A stretch of 64,000 bases of DNA from Nostoc sp. (GCA_036918135.1 JBALDB010000056.1:224001-288000); one strand, 5' to 3'. Shown: positions 1 to 11,067, numbered from the stretch's first letter. The notes: generated by a model not told the origin, from the letters alone. Translations and numbers: made by a program.

Positions 1-111
1 GACCTGGTAGGAACAGCTGTATCCCACGGTTGCTTAAGAATGCGTAATTCTGATGTCCGATTGTTATACGAACAAGTGAGTATAGGGACAAAAGTGTTAG
101 TACGTGATTAA
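1..111 (+). CDS. L,D-transpeptidase (YkuD/ErfK family), 3' end only
   Basis: Frame 1 reads DLVGTAVSHGCLRMRNSDVRLLYEQVSIGTKVLVRD*, which contains the SHGC(L/I)R catalytic motif. The gene is cut by the window start. Confidence 0.85.
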   Translation, partial: DLVGTAVSHGCLRMRNSDVRLLYEQVSIGTKVLVRD

Positions 112-684
112 TTAATAGTCATTGTCATCTGGCTTATCATTTGGCTTGTCATTTTGCTCAAAGTTAGGTGCATATGCCCTAAGTAAAGCGCCAACTTGGT
201 CGAGAACTTCATTGCCAGTACTTTTGCCTAAGGCTTGTCGTTCTGGGAAGAAATTGGGTCGATCTAGGTAACGACCGATGGCTTCATTTACTTGCTGGGA
301 AATCAGTTCTTGCAGTTCTGCTTGAGCGCGTTGGCGCTGGTAGTTAGCACCTTCTTCTGTAGTTGCATACAAGGGCGGTAACCGATTGAGAGCGTAAGCT
401 GCAATATCACCAACATCTAGGGAACTTTCGCTGGTGGCTTCAATTTCGGCGACTCGAGCGATCGCTTCCGTTAGTACCAATTCTTCCATGACGTTAATGA
501 ATTGTTTTCGAGGTACCGCCACTACCTCACCAGTTAACAACGCACCCATCAGGCGATCGAGCGCCATATACTCTTCAATTGAGAGTTCTGAAGCGTTGTC
601 ACAGATTCTACCGACTTCTGCTTCCATTGCTGGTGTCAAATAACCATCCTGGAGAGCTTGTTCTACAATTTTTTCGATACTCAT
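112..684 (-). CDS. ComFB-domain protein, likely the cyanobacterial c-di-GMP receptor CdgR type
   Basis: ComFB signature NVMEELV...DIAAYALNRLPPLYAT. Likely start MSIEKIV at 684. Confidence 0.8.
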   Translation of the reverse strand: MSIEKIVEQALQDGYLTPAMEAEVGRICDNASELSIEEYMALDRLMGALLTGEVVAVPRKQFINVMEELVLTEAIARVAEIEATSESSLDVGDIAAYALNRLPPLYATTEEGANYQRQRAQAELQELISQQVNEAIGRYLDRPNFFPERQALGKSTGNEVLDQVGALLRAYAPNFEQNDKPNDKPDDNDY

Positions 685-803
685 AACGCTTATCATCATT
701 TATGTTAGCCAAGCAAGGTAGGGACGGTATCAATCCAATTTATTTTGCTGAATTTTCGCAAAAATATCCAAATTATACACAGACGCGATCAATTCCGCCT
801 CTA

Positions 804-1739
804 CTATTTAACGACCTTAGTTCGCCAAGGTGTAGGATCGACGGATACTCCGTTGACATATAGACCCCAGTGCAAATGTGGCCCCGTGGCTGCACCTGTT
901 GAACCTACTGCGCCAATGAGTTGACCAGCTTTGACAAAATCACCTTCTTTAACGTTAATACGACTTAGGTGCATGAAAATACTAGTTACTCCTTGACCGT
1001 GGTCAATGCCCACTACGTTACCGTGAATCCGAAACCCTTGGGATACCCTACCTACCAAAGCAACTCGCCCAGCGGCTGGGGCAATCACGGCTGAACCGGC
1101 AGCACCAGCGTAGTCAAGGCCACGATGATAGTAGTCCTCTGCAAATTTACCATTATAGTAGCGGCGTACACCATAGTTTGTACTCATCCGTCCTGCATTG
1201 GGTCTGAGGAATACTCCATTCCAATATTTTTCTGGTGTTTCTAGTGCTTTAAAAGCTGCTACGCGCTTGAGTTCATACTCTGTGGCGTCAACTCCAGCTT
1301 TACCTGGTGGTAGAGTAATGTGCTGTACGGGAAACTTCCGATTTTGCACATTCACCGCCAAGTTTTGCACCTGACCATCTCCTGTAACTCGAAACGATCT
1401 CTTTCCAGACTTTTCCAAGGGAGTTGTCGGAACAAAAGCCCGATACTGATTGGGCGCAATTTTAAATGCTGGATACGTATTTTTACCATTACTTACTGTT
1501 GGATTTGTACCATTTTCTTGATTATCTAAATTAATTTCCACCGAAAGTGTATCCCCTAATTGAGGATTATTTGGAGTCACTTTTACTTGCAAAGCATTTA
1601 CAGGCAATGCCCAAGTGATGGGGAGAACAGCAAACATTCCCTTGAACAAATTTATTGCACGGCGATTAACTGTCAAACTTTTGACATTTAAGCCGAGCAA
1701 GTTATTGTTTGATTTCCTAGTGCGATTCTCGCTAATCAT
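804..1739 (-). CDS. M23 family metallopeptidase
   Basis: HRGLD(Y) and GPHLHW zinc-binding motifs, plus an N-terminal signal-like region. Confidence 0.92.
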   Translation of the reverse strand: MISENRTRKSNNNLLGLNVKSLTVNRRAINLFKGMFAVLPITWALPVNALQVKVTPNNPQLGDTLSVEINLDNQENGTNPTVSNGKNTYPAFKIAPNQYRAFVPTTPLEKSGKRSFRVTGDGQVQNLAVNVQNRKFPVQHITLPPGKAGVDATEYELKRVAAFKALETPEKYWNGVFLRPNAGRMSTNYGVRRYYNGKFAEDYYHRGLDYAGAAGSAVIAPAAGRVALVGRVSQGFRIHGNVVGIDHGQGVTSIFMHLSRINVKEGDFVKAGQLIGAVGSTGAATGPHLHWGLYVNGVSVDPTPWRTKVVK

Positions 1740-2500
1740 AGAGCTATAAAAAATCCCTTGGTTGTGTGGGAAAATAGACTACCTTATTACTAGTGGTGTT
1801 TCCTTTTGACAGCGGATATTGTTGAAGGTCATAAATTTTATTTAGCAAATGCTTTAGAGACTTTATAAACACGAAGTAAATAACGAGCAGGTCGTAAGGA
1901 AGGATGATTTGTAAGTATAATTTTGTGAATTTATATTAACTTTAATAACTAAAGTGTGTGACATTGTGATTGTTCGTAAAATTTGACTACATTGATGGTA
2001 AAAACGCCTTAGTGACTTACTATAAGAATTCCTTGTTAGGCAACAAAAGAAACCTTTTATGGTTAAAGTCACTACATAATGGTACTTGAAGGAAATCTGG
2101 GAATCAACTGGACACTTGTTCAACTGGACACTCCTACCACACTTTGGGGTCGAGATTCAGTCTAAGTACATCAGCCAGATGGGCTAAGTCAGAGCAAAAG
2201 TGCCAGAAATAACCCAGAAAATTAAGGCGATTAAGATTTTACACGAAGCTAGCTAGATTTACTATGTAATTTCTAATCTCCATTTACATAGTGATAACAG
2301 ATTTTTTTAATGTTGGTAAATTATATTTAATTTCAGTAAAATTACTTAATTTATTTTTTAAATAATAAATAGAATAATCGAGTTTGAATTTTGAAATTTT
2401 GAGTTTTCAAGGGTAATAATGGGGTTTTGAAGTCTAATTTTAGTAAATTTAGAGAATTTAAATGAATTTAATCTGATTAACTCCAGACTGATAGTTTTAC

Positions 2501-3175
2501 TTATGAGTTGAGCTTACCATCTTGCATGTGAACGATGCGATCGGCAATGTCTAGGATGCGGTTGTCATGAGTAACCATCAAAATGGTACAGCCTTGTTCT
2601 TTTGCCAGTTTTTGCATGAGGTTAACTACATCTCGTCCCGATTGACTGTCAAGTGCGGCTGTAGGTTCATCGGCTAGAATAATTAGAGGATGGCTGACCA
2701 AAGCACGAGCGATCGCTACCCTTTGTTTTTGTCCCCCAGATAGTCGATCGGGATAGTAATGCAAGTGATTTCCTAATCCAACCTTCTCCAACATCTGGGC
2801 TGACAAAGTTTGCATCTTTTTTAACCCAAAATGTTTGTGTAATTCCAAAGCCATTTTCACATTTTGCAGCGCCGTCAAACTACCATGTAAATTATGTGCC
2901 TGGAAAATGTAGCTGTTATGGCGTCGCACCTGTACTAGTTGTTTGGTGTTAGCACCCCAAAGTTCTTGCCCCAACACCCGTAAACTACCAGATTGGATGG
3001 AACGCAACCCACCCACTAAGGTCAGCAAAGTACTTTTTCCAGAACCAGATGGCCCAGTCATGATAATGATTTCGCCAGTGTTAATCTCCAAGTTGATATT
3101 AGATAAAACTTGCTTGCGAAGTGAACCGGGACCAAAGTAGTGGTTGAGATTCTCAATCGAGATGATGGGAAGCAT
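2501..3175 (-). CDS. devA: DevA-family ABC exporter ATPase (copy 1)
   Basis: Walker A GPSGSGKS, signature LSGGQKQR, Walker B ILADEP. Probable start [10 protein letters not shown] at 3175. A paralogue, not necessarily the heterocyst devA. Confidence 0.88.
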   Translation of the reverse strand: MLPIISIENLNHYFGPGSLRKQVLSNINLEINTGEIIIMTGPSGSGKSTLLTLVGGLRSIQSGSLRVLGQELWGANTKQLVQVRRHNSYIFQAHNLHGSLTALQNVKMALELHKHFGLKKMQTLSAQMLEKVGLGNHLHYYPDRLSGGQKQRVAIARALVSHPLIILADEPTAALDSQSGRDVVNLMQKLAKEQGCTILMVTHDNRILDIADRIVHMQDGKLNS

Positions 3176-3215
3176 GAGAATTGAGGATTGGGTATTGAGG
3201 ACACTTCGGCATTTT

Positions 3216-4388
3216 TTAAAACATATCAGCCGGGTCGGTGGCGTGGAGTTTGCGGGTGGCGATCGCACCGGAAATTGCACACATAATTATAGTCAGCACT
3301 AATACCTGTAATGCCCGAATCACGGTTATGTACATGGGCAAATTTGTAGCTGTGCGAGTCAGTTGGTAAAGTGTTAAGGATACAGCCAATCCGGGAAAGA
3401 AGCCCAATGCTGCCAATATTAAAGACTCTTCAAACACCACGCCTAGTAGATAGTAATTGCGGTATCCCATTGCTTTGAAAGTGGCGTATTCCCGAACGTG
3501 GGCATTAACGTCGGTAGAGAGGACTTGATAGACAATGATTACACCTACCACAAACCCCATTGATACACCCAGATTGAAAATAAACCCAATTGGGGAATTT
3601 GTTCTCCAAAAGTTATTTTCAAATTCAATAAATTCTGCGTGGGTTAGGACTTTGACATCATTTCTCAAGTAGGCTTTGAGCATTGCTGCCACTTTTTTGG
3701 AGTCATAGCCTGGTTTTATTTGAATCAAACCTAGACTGACACTGCTGGATTGTCGCCCAGAAAATAGCCATAAAAAATTTTGATCGCTAGTAATCAAGTT
3801 ACCTTCAGCGCCAAAGGAAGCCCCGACTTGGAATAAACCACTAATGATAATTGTGCGGCGTTCTATTTCCGCAGTCACGATTTTACCTTCTTCAATTTGG
3901 GCGATCGCTTTTTGATAATCTCCTCTAGCACCACGGTCAAACAAGACCGCACCTGGCAGCTTGATTGCCTGCAATTGCTGGTTAACATCCGCTAAATCAA
4001 ACGCTGGCTTGTCTGGGTTAAAGCCGATAACTAACACCCCCGTCTCACGGTGTGTTAGAGGATTTTTCCAGATTGTGTTGTTGAAATACATTGGTTCTGC
4101 CGACTTGACACCTGGTACATCCATTGCTTGGTAAAGTCGCCGCCGAGAAAACGTAGACAAGCTTGGTAAATTACGGGCTTGGGGACTAATTAAAACAATG
4201 TCTGCTTGCAAACTGCGGTGTAGTCTAGTATTACTGTCATACAGTGCAGTCTGAAAGCCCAGTTGCATGAACATGAGTAGATCCGCAAAGGCAATGCCTA
4301 ACAATGCCACCAATAGACGACTTTTTTCATGACTCAGTTGCAGCCATCCTAAAGGGGTTCGGCGTCGCAGTTGTTCAATCAATCCCAT
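3216..4388 (-). CDS. devC: DevC-family ABC exporter permease (copy 1)
   Basis: 390 aa; TPLGWLQL N-terminus, YATFKAMGY motif and DPADMF C-terminus typical of DevC. Confidence 0.9.
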   Translation of the reverse strand: MGLIEQLRRRTPLGWLQLSHEKSRLLVALLGIAFADLLMFMQLGFQTALYDSNTRLHRSLQADIVLISPQARNLPSLSTFSRRRLYQAMDVPGVKSAEPMYFNNTIWKNPLTHRETGVLVIGFNPDKPAFDLADVNQQLQAIKLPGAVLFDRGARGDYQKAIAQIEEGKIVTAEIERRTIIISGLFQVGASFGAEGNLITSDQNFLWLFSGRQSSSVSLGLIQIKPGYDSKKVAAMLKAYLRNDVKVLTHAEFIEFENNFWRTNSPIGFIFNLGVSMGFVVGVIIVYQVLSTDVNAHVREYATFKAMGYRNYYLLGVVFEESLILAALGFFPGLAVSLTLYQLTRTATNLPMYITVIRALQVLVLTIIMCAISGAIATRKLHATDPADMF

Positions 4389-4397
4389 AGTTTAGAG

Positions 4398-4500
4398 TGA
4401 GTGGGGAGTGGGGAGATGGGGAGGTGGGGAGATGGGGAGGTGGGGAGATGGGGGAAAATAATTAATGACCAATGACCAACGACCAATGACTAATGACTAA
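4398..4500. repeat. STRR-type short tandem repeats (GGGGAGAT/GGGGAGGT and AATGACC/AATGACT)
   Basis: Tandem 7-8-mers directly visible between devB and devC. Similar tracts lie at ~8395-8425, 9640-9760, 29862-29890, 37720-37748, 55851-55885 and 58005-58040. Confidence 0.85.
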
Positions 4501-5695
4501 TTTCAATTACTGCTTTAACTTGCATATTGGTTAGGTTGGCAGCTTTTTGGTTGAAGGCTCGATTTAGTCGGATGTGGACTTTTACTACTCTGCTGTCGAT
4601 ATTGCTAGCAGGATCGGTGTCAATGACATTTTGCCGCTGCACTTGCAAGCCTTTGCGATCTACGATTCCTTGTAATTCAATGGGTAGGAAATCGCCAAAG
4701 ATTCGTACTTTTTGCCCTGAATGCACTTTGTCGATATCGCTTTCGTAAACTTCGGCGATGACGTACATCTGGCTGGTTTGCCCAATCTCAGCAATGCCAT
4801 CATTTGATATTAATTCGCCAGGATAAGTGTGGATCTCGAATATCTGTCCATTTTCGGGCGATCGCACTTCGGCTTGTTTGAGGTTAACTTTCGCTAGATT
4901 CATGGCTGCTAGGGCACGATTGACTTCTGCTTGGGCAGCTGCTAAATCCACTCCTCGGACTTCGCTGATTCGATCGAGTGTTGCTATGGCTTCTTTGATT
5001 TGTTGCTGGCTAGTTAATTGGGTGCGATTTAACTGTGCTTGGGCTTGTTGTAAATTTTTTTGGGCTGTCTTTAAATTTAAACGTTTGCTGTCTCGTTGGG
5101 AGGCGGAAATTGCTCCTTGTTGATATAGTTGCTCATAGCGTTCGTCTTCTACTTGGGCGTTATCCACTTCAGCCTGGAATTTGGCAATTGTCGCTGCTTG
5201 TGTATCAATATCGCCAAAGCGTTCTGCTTTTAAGCGGCCGATCGCAGCTTTTTGGGCAGTTATTTCACCGGGTTTAGCACCTGCTTGGGTACGGTTAAAG
5301 TTGGCTTGGGCTACTTTTACCTGTGACTGCGCCTCTTTTAATGCTGCTTCTAAGCGATCGTGGCTGCTCAAAATTGCAATTACTTGTCCTGCTTTTACCC
5401 TATCGCCCTCCTTCACCAACAACTTTTCTACTCGACTTCCTTCTCCAGACACCGCAGCAGATAGTTTAATTACTTCCCCCTGTGGTTCGATTCTTCCTAA
5501 GGCTGTTACCGTTTTTAACTGTGGCAATTGTTTTGCTGGTACTTGTACTTCTTGAGTAGCGGAATTTTGCCAGAGTTTTATTGTATAAAAACTTATTGTG
5601 CCAACCAATAAAGATGCAATTATACCTATAGCAACAGATGGACGCAGAACAGACTTAGGGGACGTTGTGTACCCTAGCTTTGAGTTTCGCACCAT
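4490..5695 (-). CDS. devB: DevB-family membrane fusion protein (copy 1)
   Basis: N-terminal TM helix, VTALGRIEP, coiled coil, AEVYESDI and TNMQVKAVI. Confidence 0.9.
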   Translation of the reverse strand: MVRNSKLGYTTSPKSVLRPSVAIGIIASLLVGTISFYTIKLWQNSATQEVQVPAKQLPQLKTVTALGRIEPQGEVIKLSAAVSGEGSRVEKLLVKEGDRVKAGQVIAILSSHDRLEAALKEAQSQVKVAQANFNRTQAGAKPGEITAQKAAIGRLKAERFGDIDTQAATIAKFQAEVDNAQVEDERYEQLYQQGAISASQRDSKRLNLKTAQKNLQQAQAQLNRTQLTSQQQIKEAIATLDRISEVRGVDLAAAQAEVNRALAAMNLAKVNLKQAEVRSPENGQIFEIHTYPGELISNDGIAEIGQTSQMYVIAEVYESDIDKVHSGQKVRIFGDFLPIELQGIVDRKGLQVQRQNVIDTDPASNIDSRVVKVHIRLNRAFNQKAANLTNMQVKAVIEISH

Positions 5696-6340
5696 AGATT
5701 ACCTCTTAACTAGTGGCGCCCAAAAAATAACAATTTGAAGAAAAAGTCACAATTCAAAATTCAGATATCATTGGTCGATCGCTGCAAAGTCCTTAACAAA
5801 ATGGGAAATTTTTGAGATTTTACTTAAATAAGGCGAATTAACCAGATAGGACAACAAAACTCTCTACTGAATCAGAGATTTGTGTTCCTAGTGAACTACT
5901 TTTGTTTTATAGAAGTACTTAGGGTATAGTAAACGTTTTTAAAATTACGGGTTGTAACAGTGCCAACAATCAGAGGTAAATTAAGTAGATATAAATATTT
6001 GTATTTTTCTAAGTCAAGTAAATTTTAATTATATTTACCTGACAATTGAAATTATTTATTGTTTTTCAACTAAAAATTATTTATTTACTTGATAAATAGC
6101 CTTAAAGAGAATTTATAATTATTTAACTTAAGGCACGCAGCGTATTATAAGTTACCAGCAAAGCTTGTTGATTAAATAATTACTAATTCGTAATACTTCG
6201 GCTTCGCCCATCTCGTAGAGAGGCTTCTCCTGACGGAGACGCTTGTCTGCGACACGCTACACAAACGCCAACAGCTACGCTCTTCCAAGGCTCAGTACAA
6301 GTTCGTAATTCGTAATTGAAGGTACAAGTCCCATTATTCA

Positions 6341-6435
6341 TACCAATTCAAAATTCCAAATTCATGCATTAAGAAAGCCAGATAGAACAAAGGTATGTCC
6401 GTATGTATCTGTCGCATTCTTTTTTCAAATTGGTA
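6341..6435. mobile_element. Miniature inverted-repeat element (TACCAATT...AATTGGTA)
   Basis: Terminal inverted repeats are visible. A related half copy lies at ~26420. Confidence 0.55.
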
Positions 6436-6518
6436 TCAGTTATAGACAGCAATAAAAAATTTATTCCTTATTTTCAAGCTCCATTATTCAGTTCTGGGTA
6501 ATTACGAATTACGAATTA

Positions 6519-6672
6519 AGTAGAAGGACTAAATTAAACCTAACTTGAGATTATCCTTCTAGTCAGGCTCTTGAGCATTGAGCGAACTTGTACTGACTTG
6601 TACCGAGCAAAGCCGAGGTAGCGTAGTCGAAGTAGTCGAAATGCGTCTTCTAAATAATTGTGTCCACCTACT
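6519..6672. mobile_element. TA-flanked MITE-like element with nested small repeats
   Basis: Ends AGTAGAAGGAC / GTCCACCTACT, each flanked by TA. The ends resemble those of 11208-11334 and 44658-44763. Confidence 0.55.
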
Positions 6673-6755
6673 TATCAATTACGAATTATTTTAACAATGG
6701 TGCAAGATGTAAAGTAGAAGAAAAATACAAGTTAGAAAACTTACCTAAAATCATT

Positions 6756-7508
6756 ATGAGTCTTTTTTGTCTAGTTCACGGTGCCTTCCAAGGCGCTTGG
6801 TGCTGGGATTTATTAATTCCTTATTTAGAAGCGCAAGGTCACAAAACAGTAGCAATGGATTTGCCAATTGAAGATGCATCTGCAAGTTTATCGCAATTTG
6901 CGGATGTAGTATTTCAAGCACTTCCAAAAACTGATGATGATATTGTGCTAGTTGGTCACTCAATGGCTGGTACTGTTATCCCACTTGTTGCCCAAGCGCA
7001 TCAAGTACGTCAACTGGTATTCCTGACTGCGCTTATTCCATACCCAGGAACCACTACAGTTGACCAATTTTCTCATCATCTCGATTCTGATAGCCGCAAA
7101 TCATTAAATTACGAACCAAAAGACTCATCTCAACTCGAACAATTCGATGATGAACCTTATATGTTTAATCCAGTTTCTGCTGGAAAAAACTTTTCAGATG
7201 AAGCAGTATTGAGGCAATTTTTCTATCAAGATTGTCAACCGGATGTAATGCGCTGGGCACTTTCAAAAAGACGTTTGCAACAATCAATGGCATATATTTT
7301 TGAAGTTAATCCCCTAAAAGCTTTACCAAATGTAGAGTGTAAATATATTCTTTGTACTGATGACTTGATAATCTCTCCTGTATGGTCACGCTATGCTGCA
7401 CGTGAGCGTTTGGGAGTTGAGGCTATAGAACTGCCTGGAGGACATTGCCCGCACTTATCTCGTCCTGCTCACCTTGCCTCAGTATTAACTAATGATAAAT
7501 TAGACTAA
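6756..7508 (+). CDS. Alpha/beta hydrolase (methylesterase-like)
   Basis: LVHGAFQGAWCW, nucleophile elbow GHSMAG and C-terminal GGHCPH. Probable start MSLFCLVHG at 6756. Confidence 0.9.
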   Translation: MSLFCLVHGAFQGAWCWDLLIPYLEAQGHKTVAMDLPIEDASASLSQFADVVFQALPKTDDDIVLVGHSMAGTVIPLVAQAHQVRQLVFLTALIPYPGTTTVDQFSHHLDSDSRKSLNYEPKDSSQLEQFDDEPYMFNPVSAGKNFSDEAVLRQFFYQDCQPDVMRWALSKRRLQQSMAYIFEVNPLKALPNVECKYILCTDDLIISPVWSRYAARERLGVEAIELPGGHCPHLSRPAHLASVLTNDKLD

Positions 7509-7639
7509 AACCCTCTTCCCTTGTACCTCCTGCTTTATCCCAACTACAAATATTTAGCTAACCTAGTTTCAAAAAGTTGTGATTGCTGTTAGCGGTAGCA
7601 GGACGTATAGCCTATGGTGAGTAAAAATTACTAGTACAT

Positions 7640-8344
7640 TTAAGTTACTGAGACAACAGCACGATCGTTTACTAGCTTGCCATCTTCCATCTGGACAATG
7701 CGATCGGCAATATCTAAAATGCGGTTGTCATGAGTAACTAAAAGAATTGTACAGCCTTGTTCTTTTGCTAATTTTTGCATCAGGTTAACTACATCTCGTC
7801 CCGATTTACTGTCAAGGGCAGCGGTAGGTTCATCAGCTAAGACAATTTTCGGATGACTGACCAACGCCCGAGCGATCGCTACTCTTTGTTTTTGTCCCCC
7901 CGATAAGTCATCAGGATAGTAATTTAGGCGGTGTTCTAATCCTACCTCCCCTAACATCTGGGCTGACCGCGTTTTCATTTCTGATGGCGAAATATTCTTA
8001 TGTACTTCCAAGCCCATTTTGACGTTCTGGAGTGCTGTCAGGCTACCGTGGAGATTGTGCGCTTGGAAAATATAACCGTTAGTGCGTCGAGCCTGGGTGA
8101 GTTGTGCTGCCTTAGCGCCACAAAGTTCTTGTCCTAAAACTAGCAAACTACCAGATTGAGCAGAACGCAATCCACCTACCAAGGTTAGCAGTGTAGTTTT
8201 ACCAGAACCAGATGGCCCTGTCATAATAATAATTTCGCCACTATTAATTTCTAAGTTGATATCAAAAAGAACTTGTTTGCGAAGCTGACCGCGACCAAAG
8301 TAGTGGTCGAGATTTTTAACAGAAATAACGAGTTGACTAGTCAT
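7640..8344 (-). CDS. devA: DevA-family ABC exporter ATPase (copy 2)
   Basis: [16 protein letters not shown] and VLADEP; strongly similar to 2501-3175. Probable start MTSQLVISV. Confidence 0.88.
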   Translation of the reverse strand: MTSQLVISVKNLDHYFGRGQLRKQVLFDINLEINSGEIIIMTGPSGSGKTTLLTLVGGLRSAQSGSLLVLGQELCGAKAAQLTQARRTNGYIFQAHNLHGSLTALQNVKMGLEVHKNISPSEMKTRSAQMLGEVGLEHRLNYYPDDLSGGQKQRVAIARALVSHPKIVLADEPTAALDSKSGRDVVNLMQKLAKEQGCTILLVTHDNRILDIADRIVQMEDGKLVNDRAVVSVT

Positions 8345-8427
8345 AAATAGCTCGATATACTCTTGACGCTCGTCCTTTGTCATTTTTGCTTTACAAATGA
8401 CCAGTGACTAATGACTAATGACAATTT

Positions 8428-9600
8428 TTAAAACATATCTGCGGGGTCGGCAGACTGTAATTTGCGAGTGGCGATCGCTCCAGAAATCATACACATAATC
8501 ATAGTCAGCATTAGTACTGTTAAGGCTCGCGCTAAAGTCATATATACAGGTAAATTTGTCGCATTCCGAGTTAGGTGGTAAAGTCCCAAGGGCACGATTG
8601 CACCTGGAATAAAGCCTAGTACTGCCAGAATTACTGCCTCTTCAAATACCACACCTAGTAAGTAAAAATTGCGATACCCCATTGCTTTGAATGTGGCATA
8701 TTCTTTTGTATGGGCGTTTACATCAGTAGACAGGACTTGATAAACGATAATTACTCCTACCAGGAACCCCATCATTGCACCCAAGCTAAAAATAAAACCT
8801 ATGGGAGTGTTTTTCTGCCAATAGTCTTTCTCAAAAGCGATAAATTCCTCTTTGGTAAGGACTTTAGTATCATCGCCTAAGTATGATTTTAAGTTTTTTG
8901 CTACTTGTTTTGGGTCATAGCCTGGTTGTAGTTGAATCAAGCCTAGACTGACACTGCTTGCCTGTTGTCTGGGAAATAGTCGTAAATAGTTCTGATCGCT
9001 AGTAATTAGACTACCGTCAGCAATAAAAGAAGCCCCGACTTTGAATAAGCCACTAATAGTAATTGTTCGTCGTTCTATTTCGGTTGTGACTGGTTTACCT
9101 TGTTCAACTTGGGCGATCGCCTCTGTATAATCTCCCCTAGAAGCACTGTCGAACAACACAGTGTCCGGTAGCTTAATCGCCTCTAAGTTACGCTTAACTT
9201 CCGGCAAGTCTAACATTTGGCGATCGGGATTGAACCCCATAACTAATACTGCTGTATGCTGGTGTGTTTGGGGATTCTTCCAATCGATAAAGCTGATATA
9301 CATTGGTTCTGCTGACTTTACCCCCGGTATATCCATTGCTTGGTACAGTCGCCGCCGAGGAAAGGTAGACATATTAGCTAGGTTACGTGCCTGGGGACTG
9401 ACTAACATAATGTCTCCCTGCATACTAGTATGTAACCTAGTATTACTGTCAAACAGAGCATTTTGAAACCCTAGTTGCATGAATATCAGAACATCAGCAA
9501 AAGCAATGCCTGATAATGCTACTAAAAAACGCCCTTTCTCATGACTCAGTTGCAGCCATCCTAGAGGTGTTCGCCGTCGCAGTTGTTCGATCAATCCCAT
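8428..9600 (-). CDS. devC: DevC-family permease (copy 2)
   Basis: 390 aa; its first 22 residues are identical to copy 1, and it ends in DPADMF. Confidence 0.9.
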   Translation of the reverse strand: MGLIEQLRRRTPLGWLQLSHEKGRFLVALSGIAFADVLIFMQLGFQNALFDSNTRLHTSMQGDIMLVSPQARNLANMSTFPRRRLYQAMDIPGVKSAEPMYISFIDWKNPQTHQHTAVLVMGFNPDRQMLDLPEVKRNLEAIKLPDTVLFDSASRGDYTEAIAQVEQGKPVTTEIERRTITISGLFKVGASFIADGSLITSDQNYLRLFPRQQASSVSLGLIQLQPGYDPKQVAKNLKSYLGDDTKVLTKEEFIAFEKDYWQKNTPIGFIFSLGAMMGFLVGVIIVYQVLSTDVNAHTKEYATFKAMGYRNFYLLGVVFEEAVILAVLGFIPGAIVPLGLYHLTRNATNLPVYMTLARALTVLMLTMIMCMISGAIATRKLQSADPADMF

Positions 9601-9660
9601 AGTTTAGAGTAAGTGGGGAGACGCGGGGACGTGGAGAAAAACAAATGACAAATGACTATT

Positions 9661-9733
9661 GTACAGACGCGATTAATGAGCTAGCGCGTTGCGGGGGTTC
9701 CCCCCGTTGTAGCGACTGGCGTCGTGTCTCTAC
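9661..9733. repeat. GTAG-type REP-like palindrome interrupted by a ~45-bp insert
   Basis: GTACAGACGCGATTAAT[insert]CGTGTCTCTAC. Removing the insert restores an imperfect palindrome. Confidence 0.6.
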
Positions 9734-9759
9734 TAATGACAAATGACAAATGACTAATT

Positions 9760-11067
9760 TCACAATTCAATCACCGCCTTGACTTGCAGGTTAGTGAAGC
9801 TAGAAGCTTTAATGCTGGATATTCCATTCAGTTGCACATGGACTTCTACTACTCTGGCATCGATATTGCTAGAAGGATCGGCGTTGATGATGTTCTGCCG
9901 CTTGATTTGCCTTCCAATCCAATCCACCCTTCCTAATAATTCTTGAGGAAGGGAATCACTGGTTACCCGCACCAGCTGTCCGTGACGCACTTTGTGGATA
10001 TCACTTTGATAGACTTCTGCTACTACATACATTTGGTCAGTTTGACCGAAATCCACAATCCCATCATTACCAACTGTTTCTCCCGCTCGTGTATTAATCT
10101 CTAAAATTTGACCGGGTTTAGGAACTCGAACATATACCTGCGCCAGTTGTGCTTTAATTTTATCGACGGTGGCTTGAGCGCTTTCTACTTCTGCTTGGGC
10201 GAGCGCTACGTCTGTTGGACGCACTTCAGTAGTTTGGTTAAGAGTGGCTTCTGCTTCGTTAATTTGCTGTTTTAGAGTAGCGATAGTTCTGTCTCGGTTG
10301 GCTTTTGCTTCGTTAATTTGCTGGTCAAGGGTAGCGATAGTTGTTGTCTGTGTAGCCTGACTTTCAATTAACTGCTGAGTGGTAGTTGCTGCACTCAAGC
10401 GTCTGTTGTCAACTTCCTGATTGGAAATTGCCCCTTGTTTATATAAAGTCTCGTAGCGTTGGGCGTCAGCTTGAGCATTACTTTTCTCGGCTGCTAAGCG
10501 ATTTACTGTTGCTTGTAATTGCTGTTTTTGCCCTTTTAGTTCCGCTTCTAGGCGATTAATTGTGGCTTGCTGAGTTCTAATATTGCCTTCTAATTCCGCT
10601 TGCAGACGGATTACACTAGCCTGTCGTGCCCCGATTTCTCCCTGTTTTGCTCCCGCTTTCACTTGGGCAAGACGGGATCTCGCTACTAAGACTTGTTTTT
10701 GTGCTTCACCCAAAGTTGCTTGTAAGCGATCGCGACTATCCATAATCGCAATTACTTGCCCAAATCTGACCTTATCCCCCTCGTTAACCAATAGTTGTTC
10801 AACACGATTTCCTTCATTGGAGGTAGGTGCAGACAGTTTTATTACCTGTCCCTTTGGTTCTAGCCGCCCCAATGCTGTGACTGTTTTTACCACTGGCTTC
10901 ATGGCTGCTGAGGTTTCTTGCTCCTTACTTACTCTGCTTTGAGACCTTTGCACCAGATAAAAACCTAGTCCACCTATAACTAAAGACGCAATTATTGTTA
11001 ACAGTACAGGCAAGCGAAAAATTTTCTGGGAAGACCGTGATTCTTCTAGCTGTAAATTTGGCTCCAT
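9760..11067 (-). CDS. devB: DevB-family membrane fusion protein (copy 2)
   Basis: VTALGRLEP, long coiled coil, AEVYQSDI and TNLQVKAVI. Confidence 0.9.
   Translation of the reverse strand: MEPNLQLEESRSSQKIFRLPVLLTIIASLVIGGLGFYLVQRSQSRVSKEQETSAAMKPVVKTVTALGRLEPKGQVIKLSAPTSNEGNRVEQLLVNEGDKVRFGQVIAIMDSRDRLQATLGEAQKQVLVARSRLAQVKAGAKQGEIGARQASVIRLQAELEGNIRTQQATINRLEAELKGQKQQLQATVNRLAAEKSNAQADAQRYETLYKQGAISNQEVDNRRLSAATTTQQLIESQATQTTTIATLDQQINEAKANRDRTIATLKQQINEAEATLNQTTEVRPTDVALAQAEVESAQATVDKIKAQLAQVYVRVPKPGQILEINTRAGETVGNDGIVDFGQTDQMYVVAEVYQSDIHKVRHGQLVRVTSDSLPQELLGRVDWIGRQIKRQNIINADPSSNIDARVVEVHVQLNGISSIKASSFTNLQVKAVIEL

Noticed and set aside
1863..2250. 86-aa ORF, a CAACTGGACACT direct repeat (~2105, ~2121) and a possible sRNA
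   Set aside because: The ORF has no recognisable features and the GC-richer patch matches no RNA family I can identify. The evidence is too thin to call.
5954..5967. NtcA-like site GTA-N8-AAC upstream of devB copy 1
   Set aside because: It has a mismatch in the conserved triplet, and no properly spaced -10 could be established.
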